Notes: a model not told the origin generated them from the letters alone. DNA of 64,000 nucleotides from an uncultured Candidatus Saccharibacteria bacterium (GCA_964440975.1 CAYYKI010000001.1:2591-66590); one strand, 5' to 3'; shown: positions 29,835 to 40,225, numbered from the stretch's first letter. Program-made: numbers and translations.

Positions 29835-30909
29835 TACACTTCCTTACAATCTTTGACACACGTGCAATGTCAGCCTCGGATATATCGTCAAATAGTGGCA
29901 AGCAAAGTATCGAGCTAGAAATCTTTTCAGAAATCGGACAAGCCTCATTGCTACCAGTGTAGGGGAGCGTATTAAGTGAAGGATAAAAGTATCTTCTTGG
30001 AAAAATACGTTCAGCCGTGAGTGCGTCAATGGTAGAGCGTAGCTTCTCTTCGTTTGTTAGCACGAGCGGATAATAGGCGTAGTTAGGCGTAGTGTCTTTT
30101 GCAATCTGTGGCCGCAATCCAATTCCCGATAACTCTTGGTCATATTGCTCACTTGCTATTTTACGTCGCGAAATTATCTGATCAATGTACGGCAAGTTAC
30201 ACAACCCCATGGCGGCATGAAACTCAGACGCCTTGGCATTAATGCCCAACATGAAATGTTCATCTCCGTGGTGCCCAAACCGCTTCATGAGCTCTACCCT
30301 GTCGCTTATTTTCTTATCGCGTGATATAACAGCACCACCTTCGATTGTTTGAAACAGCTTCGTAGCATGAAAGCTGCATGTAGAAACATCACCATAACTG
30401 AGTAGTGATTTGTCTTTATATGCCACACCAAATGCGTGCGCCGCGTCATATATGACTTTTAGGTTATGCCGTTTTGCGATAGCGTCAATTTTTTCTACAT
30501 CGCAAGCATTACCAAATACGTGTACAGGCATAATAGCTTTAGTATTTTCTGTAATCGCTGCTTCGATTTTATTCGGATCTAAGCAAAGAGTATTTTCGTC
30601 AATATCAACGTACACTGGTCGCAAGCCTTCCCACAATATTGCCGAGGTAGTGGCAACATAAGTGAAAGGGGTTGTTATAACCTCGCCCTGTGCCAGCCCT
30701 AGGGCTCGTAGCGACAACTGCAGAGCAACAGTACCATTCGCAACATAATGTAGGTTGGGAGTTTTTAAGTACTGGCTTACTTTTTCTTCGAATTCTTTTA
30801 GCAGCGGCCCTTGGTTGGTAAGCCAATTCTCGTTCCAGATTTTTTCTACATAGGCCTGATATTCTGCAATTGGCGGCAGAAATGTCTTGGTGACGTAGAG
30901 ATCACCCAC
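29827..30909 (-). CDS. DegT/DnrJ/EryC1/StrS-family PLP-dependent sugar aminotransferase
   Basis: FHATKLF (PLP lysine) and NAKASEFHAAMG are typical of nucleotide-sugar 3- or 4-aminotransferases. Confidence 0.85.
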   Translation of the reverse strand: MGDLYVTKTFLPPIAEYQAYVEKIWNENWLTNQGPLLKEFEEKVSQYLKTPNLHYVANGTVALQLSLRALGLAQGEVITTPFTYVATTSAILWEGLRPVYVDIDENTLCLDPNKIEAAITENTKAIMPVHVFGNACDVEKIDAIAKRHNLKVIYDAAHAFGVAYKDKSLLSYGDVSTCSFHATKLFQTIEGGAVISRDKKISDRVELMKRFGHHGDEHFMLGINAKASEFHAAMGLCNLPYIDQIISRRKIASEQYDQELSGIGLRPQIAKDTTPNYAYYPLVLTNEEKLRSTIDALTAERIFPRRYFYPSLNTLPYTGSNEACPISEKISSSILCLPLFDDISEADIARVSKIVRKCNA

Positions 30910-31024
30910 AGAGTGCCCCAGTGAACATGTCTTGATTCATCCTTTTGATTCTACAAGATACAGAGGTAAACATAAACTGTCCAGTTAAGATCTGTCACTT
31001 GCCGGTTACAACTGATAGAATGAT

Positions 31025-32272
31025 GTGGTGAAAAAAGGCACAAAACGACTTATCGTTTTTTTGCTACCACCAAAGAAGACAATCAATGGCGGTATTCTGT
31101 CCATCTATTCAATATGCCAAGTAAGCCGACAGTTTGAATCAACGCATCATGCGAAAGTTATTCTCGCGACATACCCTGGCTACAAAAGCTATGGCCATAA
31201 CGATCTTTTCGAGAATCAAGAGTCTATAAAATCTTTCAGGGAAATAGTAGAAGCGGGCCCATATGATTTTCTTATGCTGCATATCCCGGAATACGCATCC
31301 AATGAGGTATTTGATAATCTACAGAAATATAATGATTTCTTGCAATCCGTACCCGATCTACGAATAAATATCATGAACCAGAATATATTAATGATGCCTA
31401 AACCTACTGATATAGCGCGATGGTTTGAGCTTACCCCACGCGTTACACAAACAACCGCACACGACAAATACAGCACGGCCGATTTTGCTAATAAGTACGG
31501 CCTACCAACCCATCATCTTTCAACTTTTGTCCATGAAGGCCTATATAAAAAGCTTTCGTTCGATGAGAAGGAGGATCTTATCGTCGTATCACCAGATGAG
31601 CACCCTAAACGAAAGGCCATACTACTACTGCTGGAACGTGAGTACCCAGATTTTCGTTTTGTGACTATTAAGAATATGCGCTACGAAACCTACAAGGATC
31701 TGATGGCAAAAGCTAAGTTTGCCATAACTTTTGGTGAAGGTTTTGACGGATATTTTGTTGAGGGTTTTTTTAGCCATGGCGTAACTTTCGCTGTATACAA
31801 CGATGACTTTTTCCCAAGTGCTGAATTCAAATCACTCGCTAACGTATTCCGCACTTACACGGAAATGCAGGAAAACATTGCATTAAAAATTAAGGAGTTA
31901 CAGGATCGCGAATCTTACATGAGGTTAGTCGATGCCAACCTAGTCATAATTAACAGATTCTATAATTTTAAGACTTACATGGGGAAAGTTGGTGATTTTT
32001 ATAAAGATAAGTTATCTGTACTTCCAGAAAGTGCTGCGTTCCCTCCTATCATCGGAAACATATTGGTCGAAAAAAATAAACGAATTGAGGAATTAGAGAA
32101 ACAGCTTACTGCTAAGCACAACGAGGTCCTCGAAGTGGGCAAGGAAGTACTTGATCGTACGCGTGAGCTTCACGCAAAGCACGACGAGTTGCAGGATGTT
32201 CTTAATTCAAAGAGTTGGAAAATTACTAAGCCGCTGAGAGATATTTCAGCGATTCGAAAGCCTAAGGCTTGA
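31025..32272 (+). CDS. putative WsaF-like glycosyltransferase with C-terminal coiled coil
   Basis: KRLIVFLLPPKKTINGGILSIYSI resembles the N-terminus of the 26731-27981 protein. C-terminal heptad-rich segment ends in SWKITKPLR. Confidence 0.4.
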   Translation: MVKKGTKRLIVFLLPPKKTINGGILSIYSICQVSRQFESTHHAKVILATYPGYKSYGHNDLFENQESIKSFREIVEAGPYDFLMLHIPEYASNEVFDNLQKYNDFLQSVPDLRINIMNQNILMMPKPTDIARWFELTPRVTQTTAHDKYSTADFANKYGLPTHHLSTFVHEGLYKKLSFDEKEDLIVVSPDEHPKRKAILLLLEREYPDFRFVTIKNMRYETYKDLMAKAKFAITFGEGFDGYFVEGFFSHGVTFAVYNDDFFPSAEFKSLANVFRTYTEMQENIALKIKELQDRESYMRLVDANLVIINRFYNFKTYMGKVGDFYKDKLSVLPESAAFPPIIGNILVEKNKRIEELEKQLTAKHNEVLEVGKEVLDRTRELHAKHDELQDVLNSKSWKITKPLRDISAIRKPKA

Positions 32273-33488
32273 CCGGCTTCTTGCGAGCACGCCAATCGCC
32301 CTGAATATAGAATACGCCATCCTGATAACCTGTTGTGTTTATAATATTAAACTTAGGCATATCAACCCCATAATTTTTATCTATAACATCGATTAGATCA
32401 GGAACGTCGTCCATTGTATACACACTGAGCCCCATGTAATATTTGCCTTTTATAAGCTGCCCGGACCGTATCGTGCAGGTTAGAGTATGCTCGCCCTTAG
32501 CTGGTGTATATTGTTTGAGATCATGTGTGGAATTTACGCCAGCCAAATACTCTCCGTCCGCATTTAAGAAAAATAGATTTATCTGCACCTCAGCTGGCTT
32601 TCGCACACTTAGGTTTATTGTGGCAACAAGGTCTTCATCGACCGTATAGTTAGCGTCCTTACTTGCGCTTGGTTTTAGTGTCAACTCTTCTATTCGTATT
32701 GCCGGTTTCGTCGGTCTACGCAACTCCCCGTCATCTTCTTTAGTGCTGTTAGCAGAATTTGCAGCTTCGTAACGCAATGCAATTTTACGAGGTTCGCCAA
32801 TTTCTACAACCTCGGAATCTTGGATCATCATGGCACGATCACAAAATTCTTGGACTATGCTCATGTCGTGTGTAACAAATATGACTGTTTTACCGCTATC
32901 TTTTATTTGTCTGAACGTCTGGAAGCACTTGCGTTGAAAATTAGTATCACCAACCGCAAGCACTTCATCGATGAGTAGTATGTCGTTGTGCGCTTGGATG
33001 GCAATCGAAAAAGCAAGCCTAACCTGCATGCCGGATGAGTAATTCTTAAGCTTCTGATCCATGAATTTTTCGAGCTCCGAAAATGCCACTATCTCGTTAT
33101 ACTTCTGCTCGACTTCTTTGCGCGTTAAGCCAAGGATCGCCCCGTTCAAAAATACATTCTCACGACCAGTAAGCTCGGGATTAAACCCTATACCAAGCTC
33201 TATAAACGGAGTCAATGTTCCGTTTACTATTATTTCACCTGCAGTTGGTTGATATATCCCACCGATTAGTTTGAGTAGGGTGCTTTTTCCGCTCCCATTA
33301 CGACCAACTATTCCAAAGAATTCGCCCTTTTTAACATCAACGTTGATATCCCGAAGCGCATGGAACTTTTCATAGCTAATTTTTTTGCGCCAATTCAACG
33401 CAAGTTCTTTCAGTGAGTTGCGGCGTTCATGTGGCAATTTAAAGTCTTTATATACGTTGCGTATTGTTAGCGCTACCTCATCTTGCAT
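32262..33488 (-). CDS. ABC transporter ATP-binding protein for polysaccharide export (Wzt/TagH-like) with extra C-terminal domain
   Basis: Walker A GRNGSGKST, signature LSGGMQVRLAFSIA, Walker B ILLIDEVLAVGD. About 160 aa of C-terminal extension, as in Wzt glycan-binding domains. Confidence 0.85.
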   Translation of the reverse strand: MQDEVALTIRNVYKDFKLPHERRNSLKELALNWRKKISYEKFHALRDINVDVKKGEFFGIVGRNGSGKSTLLKLIGGIYQPTAGEIIVNGTLTPFIELGIGFNPELTGRENVFLNGAILGLTRKEVEQKYNEIVAFSELEKFMDQKLKNYSSGMQVRLAFSIAIQAHNDILLIDEVLAVGDTNFQRKCFQTFRQIKDSGKTVIFVTHDMSIVQEFCDRAMMIQDSEVVEIGEPRKIALRYEAANSANSTKEDDGELRRPTKPAIRIEELTLKPSASKDANYTVDEDLVATINLSVRKPAEVQINLFFLNADGEYLAGVNSTHDLKQYTPAKGEHTLTCTIRSGQLIKGKYYMGLSVYTMDDVPDLIDVIDKNYGVDMPKFNIINTTGYQDGVFYIQGDWRARKKPVKP

Positions 33489-34295
33489 CTAAAGTTCCTC
33501 CGCAAAGTACTTGGAATGACGTCTAAAATAAAGCCCAGCCACAACTAGCAGAACCAACACGACCGCTACCGAAACAATTCGAGCCAACTGGCTATTGAAT
33601 ATTTCTACTGTTGTAACGGTGGCTGGTGTAATGAGAACAGAACGAGCATCTTGGATGATTTGCATCACAGGGTTCAAAGCCAGTATTTTAGCGTACTTTG
33701 GCGACACTCGATCCATAGTATATATAATTGGCGTTGCATAGAACATGAGTTGCAGTACCACATCCCATATGTGGCTAAGATCTCGAAAACGCACGTATAG
33801 TGCCGATAAGAGGAATGAGATACCCAAGCATAGGAGAATTAATTCTCCTAGAATGAACGGTAGTAGGATTGCATTTGGCTGCAACTCCACATGCCCAATG
33901 AACATAAAGATAGCCACTATCACCATGTTGAGACACAGGTTGACGAACGCAGATATTGTAGTGCTTACAACGATGACATACTTGGGGATGCTCACTTTAC
34001 GTACCATATCTCCACGGCCAGTGATCGCGTTGAGCCCGGATATGGTTGACTCAACAAAAAAAGTCCACATCACCAACCCGAGTAACAGGTAGGTAGGATA
34101 GTTTGGAATACTTTGACCAAGCGGGAATACTACTGTAAAAACCACATACAAAACACCAAATAACATAAGTGGTCTAAGTAGCGACCATAGGTAACCCAGT
34201 ACTGAGTTTTGGTATCGCAACCGAAAGTCACTAACAACAAGCTCACGGATTAAGCTCCGATTACTTGGCTTAAACAGTCTGCGCATTCCGTCCAT
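33489..34295 (-). CDS. ABC-2 type polysaccharide export permease (Wzm/TagG-like)
   Basis: 268 aa, 6 TM helices, immediately upstream of and abutting the Wzt-like ATPase. Confidence 0.75.
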   Translation of the reverse strand: MDGMRRLFKPSNRSLIRELVVSDFRLRYQNSVLGYLWSLLRPLMLFGVLYVVFTVVFPLGQSIPNYPTYLLLGLVMWTFFVESTISGLNAITGRGDMVRKVSIPKYVIVVSTTISAFVNLCLNMVIVAIFMFIGHVELQPNAILLPFILGELILLCLGISFLLSALYVRFRDLSHIWDVVLQLMFYATPIIYTMDRVSPKYAKILALNPVMQIIQDARSVLITPATVTTVEIFNSQLARIVSVAVVLVLLVVAGLYFRRHSKYFAEEL

Positions 34296-36349
34296 TATTC
34301 TGCAATCCTTTTGTAAAACGACTCTACTTTATTCATTACCACGTCCCATCGATATTGTTGCGCAGTTTTTAGTCCTTCTTTTGATAGTGTGTTGCGTAAC
34401 TTCTCGTCGCTAAGTAAACGCTCTATCGCGGCGCTTAAGGCTGGCACATCATCATGCTCTACTATAAGGCAATTCTTCATATCATGACAGAAGTCTCGAT
34501 TGCCATGTGCGTCCGTGCAAATCACAGGGCACCCTGCAGCCATAGCTTCTAGTATTGGCAGGCTAAAGCCTTCATGCCTTGATGTTTGCACAAAGACCGT
34601 TGCCTGGTTATAGAGCTTATTAACTTCTTCGTTGCTGGGTTTTTCTGAGTAGGTAATTCTGCTGTCCATACGCTCCATGTCGGGCTCAACACCAAATAGC
34701 CACATATCTGGACGCTTATCGCCGAGTTTCCTCCAGGCCTTAAAGGTCATTGCAAAGTTCTTTTGAAAGAAACGACGCCCAACCCCAAGTAGGACGTTAT
34801 CCAATCTCTTCACATTTGGAAGCAGTTTATACGTAGCCGCATCGTATCCACAGGGAATCGCTGTTGCCTGTAACCCAATGGCTCTAATCTCTTCTAGGTT
34901 ATATTGCGATGTAGTCATGTTTATAAATTCTTTACGATAGCAGGAAACTACCGTCGATTGTGCAATGATATCGTCTGGATAGAACCATGATTCAAACTCT
35001 TGGATAAAGTACACTGGAACCCCAACTCTGATTGAAGATAACCAAACCGGGAATGCAGTCTCCCACCACGTTGCCACCTTTATGGCCTCTTGTGTTTCAA
35101 GTTCCTTCGTCATAACTTCATAATTTTTGAATGTTCTGATTTTTACCTTCGGATCAATATCCCATGGCGTCCCATGCCAATCCATTCCCCAAATTTCAAT
35201 CGCAAAGCCTTTGCGTTGTGCTAAGCGAGTGGCATGCTCAAAAACAATCTTTATGCCCCCGCTCATTCCCATTGTTTGAAGCACGAATATTATTCTTATG
35301 TTTCCTTCTTTGTCGTGCACATTGCGCCCATCAAACCATGTGCCCCATTTTTTCCAAAAGTACTCAAGAGACTGTTTTTCTTTTGGACCTAGAGTGGTGT
35401 TTTTTGGTCGAGTCGCTGACTCCACATGGGTGAGTGTCGCTGAGGGGAAATACAACGAACGATAGCCAGCCTCCCACGCTCTAATACACCAATCCATATC
35501 TTCAAAGGCAAACTGAAACTTGTCATCAAGTGGACCGATTGTGTCCAGGCAAGCGCGCGTTATGTACATACAAGCCCCTGTAACACCAATGCAATACTGT
35601 GGAATATTAGCTGGACCATAATTAGCGGGTTGAAAACGATAGTAGTGGTCAAACCATTCTGGAGACTCAGTGTTTCGATGGCTACCCGCACTCTGAATGC
35701 GACCATCCGGATATAAGAGTTTGGGACCTACTATGCCTGTATCCTTGCCAAACTTATATGCACCATATTGTAGCGCCGCCAACCAACCTTCATGGGCCAC
35801 AGTGTCGCTATTCAGCAAGACAATGTCGTGTTTTGTATTAGCGCTTCTGAGGCCGCTATTTACTGCCTTAGCAAAACCCCCGTTTTGTTTTCGGTATATA
35901 ACTGTCGTTACTTCACTCTCAAGCGTTTCGAGTTTCTTCTTGTTTTCTGGTTGGCAGTAATCATCAACGATGAAGATATGTATATTATTTGCGTCTGTAG
36001 TAGCTAATATACTTTCGACACATGGTTTTAATAACTCAAAGTCATTGTAGCTGGGTATAACAATGTCGACGGGCTTCGCATGCTTACCATACCAGTCTTC
36101 AATCGCACCAGACTTCACGCCAGTTACAAGTCCATTAGGGAATACTAGGTTGCTGCCCAGACTCTTATCGATACTGATCAATTCTTGTTTTACTTTTTGA
36201 ATAAAGCCTTTTGCGCCGTAGCGTTTTGCATACGAAGCAGCTCGACTAACAAGTTTATGTGGTGGTTGATTTTTGTATCTAATCTGTCCCTTAGCTGCTT
36301 TAACAGCTATTTTTTTGGTAACTCTAAGTAGTGTTTTAACTTTTCTCAT
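34295..36349 (-). CDS. bifunctional glycosyltransferase (N-terminal GT2 domain and C-terminal GT4 domain)
   Basis: N-terminal IVIPSYNDFELL ... FIVDDYCQ (GT-A). C-terminal EGFSLPILEAMAAGCPVICTD (GT4 EX7E). Confidence 0.7.
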   Translation of the reverse strand: MRKVKTLLRVTKKIAVKAAKGQIRYKNQPPHKLVSRAASYAKRYGAKGFIQKVKQELISIDKSLGSNLVFPNGLVTGVKSGAIEDWYGKHAKPVDIVIPSYNDFELLKPCVESILATTDANNIHIFIVDDYCQPENKKKLETLESEVTTVIYRKQNGGFAKAVNSGLRSANTKHDIVLLNSDTVAHEGWLAALQYGAYKFGKDTGIVGPKLLYPDGRIQSAGSHRNTESPEWFDHYYRFQPANYGPANIPQYCIGVTGACMYITRACLDTIGPLDDKFQFAFEDMDWCIRAWEAGYRSLYFPSATLTHVESATRPKNTTLGPKEKQSLEYFWKKWGTWFDGRNVHDKEGNIRIIFVLQTMGMSGGIKIVFEHATRLAQRKGFAIEIWGMDWHGTPWDIDPKVKIRTFKNYEVMTKELETQEAIKVATWWETAFPVWLSSIRVGVPVYFIQEFESWFYPDDIIAQSTVVSCYRKEFINMTTSQYNLEEIRAIGLQATAIPCGYDAATYKLLPNVKRLDNVLLGVGRRFFQKNFAMTFKAWRKLGDKRPDMWLFGVEPDMERMDSRITYSEKPSNEEVNKLYNQATVFVQTSRHEGFSLPILEAMAAGCPVICTDAHGNRDFCHDMKNCLIVEHDDVPALSAAIERLLSDEKLRNTLSKEGLKTAQQYRWDVVMNKVESFYKRIAE

Positions 36350-36386
36350 TGTTGTGCCAACGTAGGTTTAACTATACCATAATCTT

Positions 36387-37481
36387 ATGCGGATTACTGT
36401 TGACGCACGCGAATTGCGAACTACAAGCGGTCGCTATGTAGAGCGTCTACTGCATTACCTACAAAAGATCGACACGACTAATCATTACACCATTCTGCTT
36501 AAACCACCAGATATGGAGGGATGGCAGCCGAGCAATCCACACTTTAACGTCATCGCTGCTCCACAAAAAGAATTCACGTTTGCAGAACAGTTCAGCTTCA
36601 TGTCATTAATACGCTCAACGAACCCTGACCTAGTCTTTTTCCCGTTTGCTCAGCAGCCAGTGCTGTATCGCGGGAGAGTTGTCACAACAATCCAAGACCT
36701 TACGGCACTTCGATTCAACAACCCAAGTAAAAACCCAGTGCTTTTTAAGGTTAAGCAGGTGGTCTACGGCTTAGTTGTCAAGCGAGTCGCCCGACGGTCA
36801 TCCACAATCATTACACCTAGCCAGTTTGTGAAGGACGATGTTGTTGCCTACGCGGGCATTGATCCAAACAATGTAGTTGTCACACTGGAATCTGCCGATC
36901 CGATAACCCATAAAGCTGAGCCAGTTTCAGCTGTCAAAAATGCTAAGTATATTATGTATGTGGGCAGACCACAGCCGCATAAAAATCTTAGTCGACTCAT
37001 AGATGCGTTTGCACTATTACAAAAAACACATCCTGACTTAAAGCTAGTGTTGGCTGGTAAAAAAGATGTGTTATTTGATGCACACGAAGCCGACGTGCAA
37101 AAAAGAAAACTAAGTGGCGTTATATTTACTGGGTTTGTAAGCGAGGGCCAACTACGGTGGCTATACGAACATACGCAGGCGTATGTTTTCCCGAGTCTCA
37201 GTGAAGGTTTTGGGTTGCCTGGTTTAGAAGCTGCTTTGTGTGGTGCGCCGGTTGTTGCCAGTAACGCGAGTTGTTTGCCAGAGGTATATGGCGAGGGCGC
37301 ATATTATTTTGACCCGCTTGATCCTCAAGATATCGCGGACAAAGTGGGTCATATACTCGATGATCCAAAGTTGCGCACCCACTATGTAGCGGCGGGCAAA
37401 AAGCAAGCCGCGAAGTATTCATGGGAACGAATGGCAAAACAAACCCTAGCAGTGTTCGAGGCAGCTCTCAAAAAACCCTGA
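36387..37481 (+). CDS. glycosyltransferase family 4
   Basis: EGFGLPGLEAALCGAPVVASN is the EX7E motif. Confidence 0.8.
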   Translation: MRITVDARELRTTSGRYVERLLHYLQKIDTTNHYTILLKPPDMEGWQPSNPHFNVIAAPQKEFTFAEQFSFMSLIRSTNPDLVFFPFAQQPVLYRGRVVTTIQDLTALRFNNPSKNPVLFKVKQVVYGLVVKRVARRSSTIITPSQFVKDDVVAYAGIDPNNVVVTLESADPITHKAEPVSAVKNAKYIMYVGRPQPHKNLSRLIDAFALLQKTHPDLKLVLAGKKDVLFDAHEADVQKRKLSGVIFTGFVSEGQLRWLYEHTQAYVFPSLSEGFGLPGLEAALCGAPVVASNASCLPEVYGEGAYYFDPLDPQDIADKVGHILDDPKLRTHYVAAGKKQAAKYSWERMAKQTLAVFEAALKKP

Positions 37482-37493
37482 GTACTAGTTGGG

Positions 37494-38003
37494 TTACTCT
37501 GACTCTTCGTCGATTTCATTGTCTGTTGTTGCCTGACCATCATTGTCTTTAACGGCAATGTGTATGACAACGTGTCGATCGCGACCTTCGCCCTCTGATG
37601 CGCTCTGCACACTACCACTATCGGCGATTGCCTTATGGACAACCCTTCGATCAGCCGCGTTCATCGGGTTGAGGTGGCGAGACTTACCACTCTTGATTAC
37701 TTCTTGAATCCACTCATTCACTTGCTCAATAAGCCGCTCTTGACGCTGCTTCTTGTAATCTGCGATGTCCAGGTTAACGCGGTAGGTAGCATACCCTTGC
37801 TGACGAAGTGCTGTGCTGACCATAAACTGCAGGGCCCGCATGGTCTCTCCGCGCTGTCCAATCAAAAAGCCGTTTAAGTAGGTGGAGGGGATGGACAGCT
37901 CAATCACATCGTCCTCGTGTGTTGCGTATACGTCGGTATTTAGACCAAAGAATGACAATAGGTCTTCGATATATTTTTTAGCATAGGCGATTGCTTCTTC
38001 CAT
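37494..38003 (-). CDS. jag: Jag/KhpB RNA-binding protein (KH plus R3H domains)
   Basis: Jag_N-like N-terminus, then KH and R3H (RHLNPMNAADRRVVHKAIAD). Conserved position downstream of yidC. Confidence 0.8.
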   Translation of the reverse strand: MEEAIAYAKKYIEDLLSFFGLNTDVYATHEDDVIELSIPSTYLNGFLIGQRGETMRALQFMVSTALRQQGYATYRVNLDIADYKKQRQERLIEQVNEWIQEVIKSGKSRHLNPMNAADRRVVHKAIADSGSVQSASEGEGRDRHVVIHIAVKDNDGQATTDNEIDEESE

Positions 38004-38011
38004 GACACCCC

Positions 38012-38929
38012 CTAGCGTCGTTTCTTTTTAGTACTCTTCTTATTCTTCGGGGTGGTTTTGGTTGTTTTTTTAGGTTGCGTGATGGTTACTTTGCTGCCGT
38101 CTTCTGCGGCGGTGATAAGCTCTTCTTCGTCTTGTCCCAATATGCGACTTTGTTGGTAGTAAGCCACTACTCCGCTCACTAACCAGTAGAGTGGTAGGGC
38201 CGATGGAAGTCCTACCGAGATAAGCAGGATTAAACCGGGAATTAACAGGAGTGTAAATTTGCTAACTGCTGCGTTCATTTCGGCTTGGTCTGCTTGTTTG
38301 CCAGCCGCGCTTTCCTTTAGAATTTCGCGCACTGTTTTAGCCTTACCCTGGTCTGGCATAAGCTGCTTAGATTGGAAGTATTGCACTACCGCACTGCCGG
38401 CAGCAATGAGTAGCGCCGGGAAGTAATAGGCGCCATCAGTCATGGCGGCGCGTTTAAGATCTATACCTATAAAGTTATAGCTAAACTTACCCATATCTCC
38501 AGCCAACTCTTTAAGATAGCCGGTGTTTTTAAGAGGTTCATAAGCATACTTAATGATGTTGTTTGGGTCGTCGATGACACGCCGTAACCCAATGTATAGT
38601 CCAATGAGAATAGGTAGCTGCACGAGTACAATTCCTAGCGAAGAAAATGGACTGATCTCACGTTCTTTGTACAGCGCCATTGTGAGCTGAGCTTCTTTTT
38701 GTCGGTCCCCTTTGGCTTCTTTTTTAATACGCTTCAGCTCGGGTTGTAGCTGGCGCATCGCCTTGGTGTGATGCAGCTGCTTTTTAAGCAGTGGCCACAG
38801 TAAGATACGGACTATGATCGTAAAGATAATGATTGACACACCGAGGTTATGCCCAGGAACAAAACTCTGGATAAAAATGAGTATGTTAAGGATAGGGATA
38901 ACGATAAAGTTCTCAAACATCAGGAGCAA
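38012..38929 (-). CDS. yidC: membrane protein insertase YidC/Oxa1 family (short Gram-positive type)
   Basis: FTIIVRILLWPLLKKQ...MRQLQPELKRIK...LPILIGLY core motifs; Lys-rich C-terminal tail. Confidence 0.85.
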   Translation of the reverse strand: MLLMFENFIVIPILNILIFIQSFVPGHNLGVSIIIFTIIVRILLWPLLKKQLHHTKAMRQLQPELKRIKKEAKGDRQKEAQLTMALYKEREISPFSSLGIVLVQLPILIGLYIGLRRVIDDPNNIIKYAYEPLKNTGYLKELAGDMGKFSYNFIGIDLKRAAMTDGAYYFPALLIAAGSAVVQYFQSKQLMPDQGKAKTVREILKESAAGKQADQAEMNAAVSKFTLLLIPGLILLISVGLPSALPLYWLVSGVVAYYQQSRILGQDEEELITAAEDGSKVTITQPKKTTKTTPKNKKSTKKKRR

Positions 38930-38955
38930 TCATACCATAATTTGCTGGAGTTGCG

Positions 38956-39630
38956 CTAGCTTTGAAGCCAAGGTTGCAACAGCTTAGCTTCACGCTCCGA
39001 TACGCCATCGCTCATGATAGCTTCAACACCAATTCGAACGCTTTGACAATACGGTTCGTCGTTGTTGCCATAATAGCCATGGTTAAGCCACTTCTTATTA
39101 AGTGTTCGTGCCATACCCCCACCAAGCTCAACAGCTCCTGAAAGCATTAAATCGCCTACGAACGATGGCAAGCCATTCTGATCGTTTATATATGGACTAC
39201 TGACCTCGAATTGCCAGGCTCCGGTATCAACTTCTTCGGTTGGCAGAAAGCAGCCAACGCCGGTAAGCCCACGAGCACCGGTTGCACCACCCAGTGCGTC
39301 ACTCACCCAACGACCATCCTGATACGTACCTATTAAATCGCCAGGCTTTGCTTTGTTCAGCTCATCAACGAGTTGCTTGTGGTGTTTAAGCGCTTTGTCT
39401 GTTTGACCCTGCACCGTATACATAGCGGCTATATATAGTTCAACGTCTTTAGTAACACCACGCATGGTGTCGACTATAAGAGAGGCTGCTTCAACCGAAA
39501 GCTCTAGTTGGCGTTGGGGCTGGTTTTCACCAATCTGGCGAGCACGTTCTATGAATTCTTGGCCGATAGTAGGGGTAGGTTGTGTTGTCATAGCCCGATT
39601 ATTGCCTTGACGGCCATTGTTTGCAAGCAT
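38956..39630 (-). CDS. hypothetical protein in the position usually occupied by yidD
   Basis: 224 aa, no TM helix, no recognisable motifs. Lies between rnpA and yidC. Confidence 0.4.
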   Translation of the reverse strand: MLANNGRQGNNRAMTTQPTPTIGQEFIERARQIGENQPQRQLELSVEAASLIVDTMRGVTKDVELYIAAMYTVQGQTDKALKHHKQLVDELNKAKPGDLIGTYQDGRWVSDALGGATGARGLTGVGCFLPTEEVDTGAWQFEVSSPYINDQNGLPSFVGDLMLSGAVELGGGMARTLNKKWLNHGYYGNNDEPYCQSVRIGVEAIMSDGVSEREAKLLQPWLQS

Positions 39631-39650
39631 GACCGAATTATTGCATGGTC

Positions 39651-39998
39651 TTATTTGGTCACGCCGCCACGTTTAAGTAGTGTGGTGATAAGCTTTTTTA
39701 ATTCCTTGGTGGGCATGTCGGCGGCCTGCCGATCATACACGATGATAGCAAAGTCTTGGTTTGGACCTATATGTTCGGCTTGCAGTCGGACAATTTCGTA
39801 AATACGACGCCTGATACGGTTACGTTCAGGTGAGTTTTTAGCTACCTTTTTTGCCACAATCACCGAACACCGCCACTTAGGTCGCCGAGGATTGGGTGTA
39901 ACTCGCAAACTAACGAAGAACATCCTCGTAGTTTGTCCACGACGAAATAGGTAGTTCAAGCTACCATAGCCATGGAAGCGATGGGTACGAGTAAGCAT
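39651..39998 (-). CDS. rnpA: ribonuclease P protein component
   Basis: Basic ~115-aa protein with FVSLRV...KKVAKNSPERNRIRRRIYEIVR (RNR-like motif), directly downstream of rpmH. Confidence 0.8.
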   Translation of the reverse strand: MLTRTHRFHGYGSLNYLFRRGQTTRMFFVSLRVTPNPRRPKWRCSVIVAKKVAKNSPERNRIRRRIYEIVRLQAEHIGPNQDFAIIVYDRQAADMPTKELKKLITTLLKRGGVTK

Positions 39999-40011
39999 GT
40001 ATGTCAGCGGT

Positions 40012-40149
40012 TTAGTGGCTAAGACGCACGCGGCCTTTTAGGCGACGAGCTTTCAGCACCGCACGACCACCAGCGCTAGCCATTCGAGCACGAAAACCAT
40101 GTTCGCGCTTTCGTTGTTTAACTTTTGGTTGATACGTTCGTTTCGGCAT
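40012..40149 (-). CDS. rpmH: 50S ribosomal protein L34
   Basis: Minus-strand translation [45 protein letters not shown] is essentially the L34 consensus (45 aa). It is below the ORF-track size cutoff. Confidence 0.85.
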   Translation of the reverse strand: MPKRTYQPKVKQRKREHGFRARMASAGGRAVLKARRLKGRVRLSH

Positions 40150-40225
40150 TGCGATAATCCTACCAGATAATTACCCCTAAAATCAAGCCACTCGACTACG
40201 GCTAAACAACATTGTCAAGAGTAAG

